From an uncultured Verrucomicrobiae bacterium (GTDB lineage: Bacteria; Verrucomicrobiota; Verrucomicrobiia; Limisphaerales; JAFGQR01): a DNA stretch of 41,825 bases. Within the stretch, counting starts at the first letter, position 1, and each line of letters begins with the position of its first letter. This document shows, piece after piece, positions 1-7,937 of the stretch. The stretch covers positions 1 to 41,825 of the forward strand of contig CAWBHS010000097.1 of NCBI GenBank assembly GCA_963788655.1. The letters are read 5' to 3'. A program made the translations under genes and the position numbers. The notes under the pieces were generated by a model. The model was not told where the DNA came from and searched no databases. It was given only the letters and a program-made list of their open reading frames with translations.

Positions 1-267
1 TGGGCACGACGGCGTTACGAAAAGCACTTCGTCAGCAAGCTTACGGATGCGGACGGGGAACAGCAGGAAACCCAACCCTGGATCCACACCGCGGCAGATT
101 GTGGTTACCTGACCGAGGAAGCGGCCAGGAGCCTGAACGGCGCCCTGGCTGAACTTGGCCGCAGGTTGAACTCGATGATCGAAAAAGCCGCCTCCTTTTG
201 TGGCGAACCTTCCTTTACGCTGAGCAAATCCACCGTTTCATACTTCAACACCACTGATGACCGATGA
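1..267 (+). CDS. Four helix bundle protein (23S rRNA IVP / Avd-like family), 5'-truncated by the window edge
   Basis: Not in the ORF track. Frame +1 reads WARRRYEKHFVSKLTDADGEQQETQPWIHTAADCGYLTEEAARSLNGALAELGRRLNSMIEKAASFC...DDR*. The RRY-x-HFVSKL-D-x-GE-x-ETQ-W...CGY pattern is typical of four-helix-bundle proteins. Confidence 0.8.
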   Translation, partial: WARRRYEKHFVSKLTDADGEQQETQPWIHTAADCGYLTEEAARSLNGALAELGRRLNSMIEKAASFCGEPSFTLSKSTVSYFNTTDDR

Positions 268-514
268 CCGATGACCGATGACCGATGACCGATGACCGAT
301 GACCGATGACCGATGACCGATGACCGATGACCGATGACCGATGACCGATGACCGATGACCGATGACCGATGACCGATGACCGATGACCGATGACCGATGA
401 CCGATGACCGATGACCGATGACCGATGACCGATGACCGATGACCGATGACTGATCACTGATGACCGATGACTGATGACTGATGACTGATCACTGATCACT
501 GATCACTGATCACT
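256..514. repeat. Heptamer tandem repeat: 27 perfect GATGACC units, then 10 more units (mostly GATGACT/GATCACT)
   Basis: Counted directly: 256-444 perfect, 445-514 mostly variant units; 37 units in total. Confidence 0.97.
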
Positions 515-532
515 TCCAGAAAAGACCGCGCT

Positions 533-1858
533 ATGAATCGTAAACCAAAGACCTCCGTCGCCCCCGCCGAGTTGCGCCGCCGCGCCGAAGCCCAGTTGCG
601 GAAGCGACAGAGGAACCAGCAGTCAGAGGTCAACAAGCAGAGGTCGGCTCCCGACACCCAGCGATTGCTTCATGAGCTGCAAGTCCACCAGATTGAGTTG
701 GAGATGCAGAACGAGGAACTGATCCGGGCCCACGCCCAGGCGCAGGCGAGCGCCGAAAAATTCTCGGACCTGTACGACTTCGCGCCGATCGGCTATGTGA
801 GTTTGGATGACCGCGGCCAGATCCGGGAGCTGAACTTTGCCGCCGCCAAACTGCTGGGCAAACCGCGGGGGAAACTGGCCGGCACGCTCCTGCTGGAGAG
901 CGTGGCCCCGTCGCACCGGGCTACGTTTCGGCAGCACCTGCTGGCCGCGGCCGCCGCGGAAGCCAACGTAACCGCCGAGGTGGACCTGGCGGTGGCCGAC
1001 GGTCGCGTGGTGCCCATCCAGCTTTGCACCAATTATCGCCGGGATACCTCCAGCCTAACCGCGCAGTACCTGATGGCGCTCACCAATATCACCGAGCGCA
1101 AGCAAGCGGTGAAAATCCGCGAGCGGAATGTCGAACTGGAAGCGCGGGTCCGTGAACGCACGGCGATCATTCAGCAGATGGCCATCGAACTGACCCTGGC
1201 CGAGCAGCGGGAGAAGATCCGACTGGCCCAACACCTCCACGATCATCTGCAACAACTGCTGGCGGGTGCCCGGTATCTCCTCGATGTGGCCCGCCAGGAC
1301 GCCTCGGCCCAGGCGCAGGGGACGCTCCGGAAATTGGACGCTGCCCTCTCGCAGTCCATCGACGCCTCCCGGACGCTGGCCGTGGAACTCTGCCCGCCCA
1401 TTCTGGCCCAGGAGGGCTTGGCGGCGGCGTTGACCTGGCTCGGCCGTTGGATGCGGGAAAAATATGGCCTCAGTGTGCGCGTAACGGCCCGGCCGATCCC
1501 GGCTTCGCTGCCGGAGGAGTTGGAGATCCTAATGTACCACGCCGCGCGGGAATTGCTGCTCAACGTCGTCAAGCACGCCCAGGTGAAGTCCGCGCGGGTG
1601 GACCTGGCTTGGGAGGACATGCAGGCGAAACTCGTGATCAGCGACCAAGGGAAGGGCTTCGATCCCGCCAACCTGCCGACGATCGCCTCATCCGCAAGCC
1701 AGTTTGGCCTGTTCGCATTGCGCGAGCGTCTCCGCCTCTTGGGCGGCCAAGTGGAGATTGAAAGCGCGCCGGGCCGGGGCAGCCGTTTCACGCTACGGGC
1801 GCCACTGGAGCCGACCGTTAAACCCTCAAAACGAGGAAAGACCAAAACAACCTCATGA
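533..1858 (+). CDS. PAS-domain sensor histidine kinase (HisKA_3/NarX-UhpB type), cytoplasmic
   Basis: N-terminal coiled coil HELQVHQIELEMQNEEL; PAS (LYDFAPIGY...); H-box EQREKIRLAQHLHDHLQQ; HATPase motifs ELLLNVVKHA, DQGKGF, FGLFALRER, ESAPGRGS. Confidence 0.92.
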   Translation: MNRKPKTSVAPAELRRRAEAQLRKRQRNQQSEVNKQRSAPDTQRLLHELQVHQIELEMQNEELIRAHAQAQASAEKFSDLYDFAPIGYVSLDDRGQIRELNFAAAKLLGKPRGKLAGTLLLESVAPSHRATFRQHLLAAAAAEANVTAEVDLAVADGRVVPIQLCTNYRRDTSSLTAQYLMALTNITERKQAVKIRERNVELEARVRERTAIIQQMAIELTLAEQREKIRLAQHLHDHLQQLLAGARYLLDVARQDASAQAQGTLRKLDAALSQSIDASRTLAVELCPPILAQEGLAAALTWLGRWMREKYGLSVRVTARPIPASLPEELEILMYHAARELLLNVVKHAQVKSARVDLAWEDMQAKLVISDQGKGFDPANLPTIASSASQFGLFALRERLRLLGGQVEIESAPGRGSRFTLRAPLEPTVKPSKRGKTKTTS

Positions 1859-3270
1859 AATTGCCAAAGTCCAGGGTTTCCCCCGCCGAGTTGCGCCGTC
1901 GCGCGGAAACCCGGTTGCGCGACCGGCGGAGGAACCAGGGAGAAACGGTTGCCGACGAGCGGTCGGCGACCGACTCCCACCGCCTGGTCCATGAATTGCA
2001 GGTTCACCAGGTGGAAATGGAGATGCAGAACACGGAGCTGCAGGAAGCCCGGGACCGGATGGAGGTGCTGCTCGATAAATACACCGATCTCTACGACTTC
2101 GCCCCGGTGGGCTATTTTTCCCTGGATGAACAGGGCCGGATCCTGGAAGTGAACCTGACCGGCGCCGCCTTGCTGGGCGTCGAACGATCCCGGCTCATTA
2201 ACCGGTCCTTCCCGCGCTTTGTGGTCCCGACGAGCCGGCCGGCCTGGCGGGCCTTTCTGGACCACGTCTTCGCCGGGGCTGGCAAACAAGTCTGCGAGGC
2301 GGAACTGCGGAAGGAAGACGGCGGCACGTGTTGGGCCGATTTCCACGCCGCGTCCGCCGTCTCGCTCAGCAGTCCGCGCCAATGGTGCCGGGTGGCGGTG
2401 TCGGACATTACCGTCCTCAAGCGGGCGAAGGAAGTGCAACGCCGCATGGAGGCGCTGGCGGTCGCGAACCGGGAACTGCGGCGGGAGATCGTCCGGCGCC
2501 AGGCGGTGGAGGCCGCCCTCAAGAAGAGCGAACAACACCAGAGCCAGATGTTGGAACAAGCGCACCAGATGCAGGCGCAGTTACGGCATTTGTCCCATCG
2601 CATTCTGCAAGCACAGGAGGAAGAGCGGAAGCGCATCAGCCGGGAGCTGCACGATGACATCACGCAAACCCTGGTGGGCATCAACGTTCACCTCGAAACC
2701 CTGGCCCGGGCCGGCGCGATCAATCCCCGGGGGCTCAAACAGAAGATCGTCCGCACGCAACGGCTGGTGGAGAAGTCGGTGAACATCGTGCATCGGTTCG
2801 CCCGGGAGTTGCGCCCGACCGCGTTGGACGACTTGGGATTGATTCCCGCGCTCCACACGTTCATGAAAGAGTTCACCAAGCGGACGGGCATTGGCGTTCA
2901 TTTCACGACGTGCGCTTCCGGCCGGATTGACGAATTGGACAATGCCACGCGCACGGTGCTTTATCGCGTCGCCCAGGAAGCGCTGACCAACGTCGCCCAA
3001 CACGCGCACGCCAGCCGGGTGCAAGTGAACCTTCGGAAATTATCGACCGCGCTGCACCTGGATATTACGGACAACGGCAGATCCTTCGCGGTGGAACGGG
3101 TGCTGCACCCCAAAAAGAATCAACGCCTGGGCCTGCTCGGGATGCGGGAGCGGATTGAAATGGTCGGCGGCAACCTGAGCATCGAATCCACCCCCGGCCA
3201 GGGCACCACCATCCGGGCGCAGATTCCTTTCGGAACCAACCCGGCGCGGAAGAGCCGATCAAGCCGCTGA
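1855..3270 (+). CDS. PAS-domain sensor histidine kinase (HisKA_3 type), paralog of the upstream kinase
   Basis: Same N-terminus (ELRRRAE, HELQVHQVEMEMQN); PAS; H-box EEERKRISRELHDD; EALTNVAQHA, DNGRSF, LGLLGMRER. ATGA overlap with the previous gene. Confidence 0.93.
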   Translation: MKLPKSRVSPAELRRRAETRLRDRRRNQGETVADERSATDSHRLVHELQVHQVEMEMQNTELQEARDRMEVLLDKYTDLYDFAPVGYFSLDEQGRILEVNLTGAALLGVERSRLINRSFPRFVVPTSRPAWRAFLDHVFAGAGKQVCEAELRKEDGGTCWADFHAASAVSLSSPRQWCRVAVSDITVLKRAKEVQRRMEALAVANRELRREIVRRQAVEAALKKSEQHQSQMLEQAHQMQAQLRHLSHRILQAQEEERKRISRELHDDITQTLVGINVHLETLARAGAINPRGLKQKIVRTQRLVEKSVNIVHRFARELRPTALDDLGLIPALHTFMKEFTKRTGIGVHFTTCASGRIDELDNATRTVLYRVAQEALTNVAQHAHASRVQVNLRKLSTALHLDITDNGRSFAVERVLHPKKNQRLGLLGMRERIEMVGGNLSIESTPGQGTTIRAQIPFGTNPARKSRSSR

Positions 3271-3289
3271 CGCCAGACATTGATAATCT

Positions 3290-3985
3290 ATGAAACAGAC
3301 CACGCCCATAGAACGCATCACGGTTCTGCTGGCGGATGACCACACGGTGGTCCGCGAAGGCCTCCGGACCTTGTTGGAAGCCGAAGGGGACATCACGGTC
3401 ATCGGCCAAGCGGAAACCGGCCGCCAGGCGGTGGACCTGGCCCGAAAACTTCGTCCCGCCGTGGTGGTGATGGACATCGCGATGCCGGTGCTCAACGGAC
3501 TGGAAGCCACCCGGCAACTCCTCAAAGCCGTTCCCGGCACGAAGGTGCTGATTCTCTCGGCCCACAGTGATGACGCCTACGTCGAGCAAGTGATGGCGTT
3601 GGGCGCGGCGGGTTACCTGCTCAAACAAACCTCCGCCCATATTCTGGCCCGCGCGGTCCGGGAAGTTCAAAAAGGGAACCATTTCTTCAGCCCTTCGATA
3701 GCCCGGCGGCTACCCAATCAAAACGCGTCGGCACCGGACCAGGAGAAATCGGGCAAGCATAAGGGCGTCCGGCTGAGTTCGCGCGAAGTGGAAGTGATCC
3801 AACTGATCGCCGAGGGCCAGGCCAACAAACAGGTCGCGGCGGAATTGGGCATCAGCGTGAAAACCGTCGAGAAACACCGGCAGCGGCTCATGGAAAAGCT
3901 CAACATCCACGACACCGCCGGCCTCACCCGCTACGCCATCGCCGTGGGCATCATCGAAAGCAGTGTCCAGTTGACCATTCTGTAG
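3290..3985 (+). CDS. NarL/FixJ (LuxR-HTH) family response regulator
   Basis: REC motifs LADDH, VMDIAMP, GYLLK; C-terminal LuxR HTH LSSREVEVIQLIAEGQANKQVAAELGISVKTVEKHR. Confidence 0.95.
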   Translation: MKQTTPIERITVLLADDHTVVREGLRTLLEAEGDITVIGQAETGRQAVDLARKLRPAVVVMDIAMPVLNGLEATRQLLKAVPGTKVLILSAHSDDAYVEQVMALGAAGYLLKQTSAHILARAVREVQKGNHFFSPSIARRLPNQNASAPDQEKSGKHKGVRLSSREVEVIQLIAEGQANKQVAAELGISVKTVEKHRQRLMEKLNIHDTAGLTRYAIAVGIIESSVQLTIL

Positions 3986-4055
3986 CCCCTGCCCGTTGGG
4001 TCAGGGGGGGCACGGCCTCGGCCGGTTCTTGGTGTTTGGTCATTGAAACGCTTTA

Positions 4056-4327
4056 GAGCCTGTTTTAAAATTGGGCGAGGTTCTGCGGTGAGAGATTTTG
4101 GACGCGGGCGAGGCGGCGAGGTCCGCGCATCCCCGCAGTGGGCTGTAAGGATCGAGCCAACGAAGCCCACGTTCAAAAGACCCGCCGCCCTGCGGGTTTT
4201 CGCGGAAAAGGCCGGCTGGCTTCGTTGCTCCTCAGTCACAGACCGCTGCGGGTATGCTCCTTCGTCGCGCCTCGCCAGCCGGCCTTTTCCGCGAAAACAG
4301 GACCGCGCCGAATTTTAAAACAGGCTC
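4056..4327. mobile_element. MITE-like element with 17-bp perfect TIRs (GAGCCTGTTTTAAAATT) and TTA flanks
   Basis: TIRs at 4056-4072 and 4311-4327; TTA at 4053-4055 and 4328-4330; internal perfect 25-bp inverted repeat (4196-4220 / 4274-4298); no credible transposase. Confidence 0.75.
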
Positions 4328-4330
4328 TTA

Positions 4331-4524
4331 GCCGTATCAATTCAGTAGCTGGTGCTGCGATGAGGCAGTTCGGCGTGGTAGGACAGGCGTCTCGCCTGTC
4401 TCGAATAGCCCAAGGCATCCTCACCGTTTGATGACATAGAAATACTCGCGGCGCCGTGATACAAGTTGTTGGTTTGCACTCGTTCGGGACAGGCGGGACG
4501 CCTGTCCTACTGAATAGTCACGGC
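4331..4524. mobile_element. Second MITE/REPIN-like element containing a GTAG-type REP pair
   Basis: Imperfect TIRs GCCGTatcaATTCAGTAG / CTACTGAATagtcACGGC with TTA on both sides. Inverted REP pair GTAGGACAGGCGTCTCGCCTGTC (4378-4400) and GACAGGCGGGACGCCTGTCCTAC (4488-4510). Confidence 0.6.
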
Positions 4525-4743
4525 TTAGGCGAGAAACCTTACCCAGCCAATAGGACCAAGAACCAGGGACCAGGGTGCAGCAAATGACCAGCCCCGGATG
4601 CCCGGCTTCCCAGAACCACGGAAGGCCGGCCCACTACGCCCTTGTCCCGGCACTGGCGGGCTGGATTCTGGCCATGCTTTGGTCATTCGAGATTGGATCC
4701 GGGTTAACACTCCAGCGACCCTTTTTGGAATACACACCAATTT

Positions 4744-4810
4744 GCCGGGTGAGGGCACCCGGCCTACAGGAAAAAACCGCGTAGTTTTGTAGGCCGGTGC
4801 CCCCCCCGGC
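4744..4810. repeat. GTAG-type REP inverted pair
   Basis: GCCGGGTGAGGGCACCCGGCCTAC (4744-4767) and GTAGGCCGGTGCCCCCCCCGGC (4789-4810), just downstream of the DUF4139 gene. Confidence 0.6.
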
Positions 4811-4843
4811 GGATTTTTCGAAAGGGTCGCTGTAGGGTTAAGC

Positions 4844-6196
4844 TCACCGTCGCACGTTGGTGCCGTGGCGAGTGGTCAGTTCATAGCTAAACTCTTGTTT
4901 CTCGCGCGGTTTGAGCGGCACGACAAACTTCACGGTGTCGGCATCCACCTTGTCATAGTTGGCCGCAGTGACCATGTCCCAGTCGCCCGGAAAATTGCGG
5001 CGGATATCCAGCATCACCGGAATTTCCCGTGAGTTCTGCACTTCAATCATCCAGTTTTCCCGGGTGGTCCAACCCTTCACGTTGCCCTCCGCATCAAACG
5101 CAATGTCCGTCTTCTCCCAATTCATGAGCGTGGGTTTGACCAGCACTTCCTCGTCGGCCCCCAATTCCATTTCAACATATTCGTCGATGGGAATGTATTT
5201 GACGCGGGTGCTGCCCACATAAGCGTAGAGTTGGTCGTCGCTCACCAGGCGGAACGCTTTGACGGCGCCATCGGGCAACGGTTCCTGGCCCAGTTTGCTG
5301 GCGACGGAATTGGTGAACTGGTAAAAGCGGATGACCTGGTCGCCCCAACGTTCCTTTTCGAATTTGTAGTAGCTGGTGATGGGCACTTCGCTGGCTTTGA
5401 ACGAGGGCAGCCGTTTGGACCAACCGTTGGGAATGGTGTCGCGCCCCTCGACCGTGTAGAGGAAGTACTCGGACACCCCTTCTTTAACGATTTTTTTGGG
5501 GCGCCTCGAGGCGGCTGAATCCGCTTTCGCAAAAGCAGCCAGAGTCGCCGTCTCGATACGAATCCCCGCCGCTTCAGCCGCAGGTTCCTCGGTGCGCGGC
5601 GGTTGGCCGGGTCGTCCTTGTTGGGCCAGCTTTTTGATTTCCTCCACCAGGCGGATCACCCCGACCACCAGCCGTATCTGGGCCTTATCGTAGTCTTCGC
5701 CGCTGTGGTTGGTCACGCGCACATGACCCGCCAGGGCCATGGTTTTCTCGTTGCGGGCGGCTTCCGCCACGTAATCGGCGGACCAATTGATCCCGCTGGT
5801 GAAGTAACGAATTTCCACCAGCACTTCCCCGGCAAACTCGCTCCGGATTCGCCATTCCAGGGTGTTGTTGACGCGCGGAGGGAAGCTGACATCCAACACC
5901 TCCACTGCGTCGGCATGACTCAACGCGTGGAACTCGACGCTGGTTGGATCAATGAGCGTGTTCGCCCAGGAAAACTCGAGGCGATTCAGGCCCTGGCGAA
6001 AGGTCAACACGCGCGTTTCCTTGACCAGGGTCAGGTCCGCCGAATTGTAAATGGTCAACTGCACTGAATCCCGCTCGGGCAAGGTAACCACGTTGATCCG
6101 GGCGGGAACAGAAACTGGCAGGAGAACGCCCAGGAGCACCCCGCTCCACAGCCGCAGGGCCGGGAGCCGAGGAATTGATCGGAGCAATCGTTTCAT
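4844..6196 (-). CDS. DUF4139 domain-containing secreted protein (start probably at MKRLL; ORF extends to 6304)
   Basis: Signal-peptide-like N-terminus, then VQLTIYNSADLTLVKETR...GLNRLEF...IDPTSV, YFTSGINWSADY, VTNHSGEDY, LGQEPLPDGAVK. Confidence 0.8.
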   Translation of the reverse strand: MKRLLRSIPRLPALRLWSGVLLGVLLPVSVPARINVVTLPERDSVQLTIYNSADLTLVKETRVLTFRQGLNRLEFSWANTLIDPTSVEFHALSHADAVEVLDVSFPPRVNNTLEWRIRSEFAGEVLVEIRYFTSGINWSADYVAEAARNEKTMALAGHVRVTNHSGEDYDKAQIRLVVGVIRLVEEIKKLAQQGRPGQPPRTEEPAAEAAGIRIETATLAAFAKADSAASRRPKKIVKEGVSEYFLYTVEGRDTIPNGWSKRLPSFKASEVPITSYYKFEKERWGDQVIRFYQFTNSVASKLGQEPLPDGAVKAFRLVSDDQLYAYVGSTRVKYIPIDEYVEMELGADEEVLVKPTLMNWEKTDIAFDAEGNVKGWTTRENWMIEVQNSREIPVMLDIRRNFPGDWDMVTAANYDKVDADTVKFVVPLKPREKQEFSYELTTRHGTNVRR

Positions 6197-6522
6197 CACA
6201 ATTGGGTTAGACGCTGTCATTGACAAAGTGCTCCCGATTTGAAGCAGATTCTTTTCGTCAACACCACGTTGCAGGAAGACTGATTTGCTCCGGCCAATCT
6301 TCATCCTGATCTCCGGTTTAGCCGTCCTTGGTTGGATACGGATCGCCTTGGTTCACGGCATTGACAGTGATGGCGATGAGAAAGGCTTTGAACGGGACCG
6401 GTGCCAGCCCCTTGCTGCGAAGTTGAGGGAGCGAATTGCCAGGTCAATGTTGGGGCGTAGCGCCGCGGCGCGGTCCCACGATCCTGATCAGCGCAAACCG
6501 TCAAGAGTGTGGACGGCTCCAC

Positions 6523-6596
6523 TTCACCGCCAAGGCACGAAGAGCGCAAAGGCTGCTGGCAAATACCCTTTGCGCTCTTCGTGCCTTGGCGGTGAA
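6523..6596. repeat. Perfect 30-bp inverted repeat (palindromic intergenic element)
   Basis: TTCACCGCCAAGGCACGAAGAGCGCAAAGG (6523-6552) and its exact reverse complement (6567-6596). Confidence 0.9.
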
Positions 6597-6747
6597 TCAG
6601 CTTCTCCACTCGCCTACGATGTTGGAAGTCGATATTCGCGCCATTTGGTTTACGACTACGCGTCCTTCAGCCATCGCCGTGACAGTGGCGAAGTGATCCA
6701 AGCCTTCGGAATTGAAGCTGAAGAATGGATGAAGCGTCATAACAAAC

Positions 6748-7185
6748 ATGTCTTTCACTGCATTCAGAAAATGGTTGGCCGGCCTGCTGGCTGGCGGCTT
6801 GCTCTTGGGCGGGGCGTATTCTGCTTGGGCCGTCGAACGGTGGGGCCTTTACGAAGCGGCCTTCCCAGGCCCGACAACCGGCAAACCTTATCTCGAAGTC
6901 CAATTGTCCGCCACGTTCAACCAAGGCCTCCGGCACCTTACTGTGCCCGGCTTCTGGGATGGAGGTGGCAACTACAAGCTCCGCTTCATGCCGCCAACGA
7001 CAGGTGAGTGGCGCTATGGAACCGGCAATTTTAGTGCCACGATGAGCAGCTACGGGCTGGATCGACAGTTCCGCGGCGAAATCCGCGGGCTGCAAATCTA
7101 CGGCAGTCGCATGTCTGCGCGGGGGGCGCTAGTGGCGAAAGAGTTCACTCAACAAACCGGTGATTCGGCGGGATCACAGAGATGA
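6748..7185 (+). pseudogene. DUF5060-like N-terminal fragment fused to an unrelated tail (probable internally deleted secreted glycan-active protein)
   Basis: Signal peptide followed by VERWGLYEAAFPGP...V.LSATF...VPGFWDGGGNYKLRFMPPTTGEWRY (DUF5060 pattern). The catalytic domain that normally follows is absent. Confidence 0.6.
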
Positions 7186-7220
7186 AGCCAGAATCGCCGA
7201 TCCTTTTCGGGCTTCGGATT

Positions 7221-7922
7221 CTAGCCGCGTAGCCTTCGCTGGATGCGCTGCCAATGGGTGCCGTGCCAGAAGAGCTTGCCGCAGGCCTCGCACACGAAAT
7301 AGTCATCCAGCCAGCGAAACGTGCGGGGCGGAATCCGTTCGCGCATGGCTTCCTTGCTCACGGGATTCAGTTTGCCGCCGCAGGCCATGCAACGGGTTTC
7401 CCGCAAGGGTAGCTTCAGTTCTTCGAGGATGGCAGTCAGTTGGTCGAACGGTTTCATGGTCGGCGGCACAAAGACCGCCGGCACGATGGCGTCACGGAGA
7501 AGACGGCGCTCCATCAACATGCTGTCCGTGGTCAGAATGGTTTCGTTTCCTTCTTGGGCTTCGCGCACCAGATCATCGTCGTCGATGTCGGGAATCCAGC
7601 GCGCCTCATAACCCGCGGCGCGAATCCAGCGTGCCAAGCCGCCCAAGCCCGCATCGCATAGAAAACGCGGTGGTTGTGCGGGTGGGCAGGGTGCGTCGCC
7701 CAAAACCACCGTCGAGTTCTCCGCTCGTTGCCATTGCCCCAGGCGTCCGCGGGCGCGTCTCCAAACCTGTTCCAGCGCCTGCGCCTCGGAAAGGTGGTGA
7801 TATGCCTGGGCGAGTTCCGTCTGCCGCGCGAACCAGTCCATGCCCTGATCAAGCTGACGCGCGCCCAGATGCCGCAGCAGTTGGCGGAACTTCGCTTCGT
7901 AGGCTTTTCGAATGCGGCCCAT
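7221..7922 (-). CDS. Mut7-C RNase domain (PIN fold + Zn ribbon) protein
   Basis: PRFLCDAGLGGLARWIRAAGY, ILTTD, RCMACGGKL, CEACGKLFWHGTHWQRI. Confidence 0.88.
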   Translation of the reverse strand: MGRIRKAYEAKFRQLLRHLGARQLDQGMDWFARQTELAQAYHHLSEAQALEQVWRRARGRLGQWQRAENSTVVLGDAPCPPAQPPRFLCDAGLGGLARWIRAAGYEARWIPDIDDDDLVREAQEGNETILTTDSMLMERRLLRDAIVPAVFVPPTMKPFDQLTAILEELKLPLRETRCMACGGKLNPVSKEAMRERIPPRTFRWLDDYFVCEACGKLFWHGTHWQRIQRRLRG

Positions 7923-7937
7923 GGGGCAATCGTTTCG

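Noticed and set aside
245..499. 84-aa ORF of SSVIGHR repeats
   Set aside because: It is the antisense translation of the heptamer array; no evidence it is a gene.
256..514. Possible CRISPR array
   Set aside because: Contiguous 7-mers with no spacers, and no cas genes in the window.
6285..7007. 240-aa ORF
   Set aside because: It runs through a 30-bp palindrome and overlaps the DUF5060 fragment out of frame; no recognisable domain.
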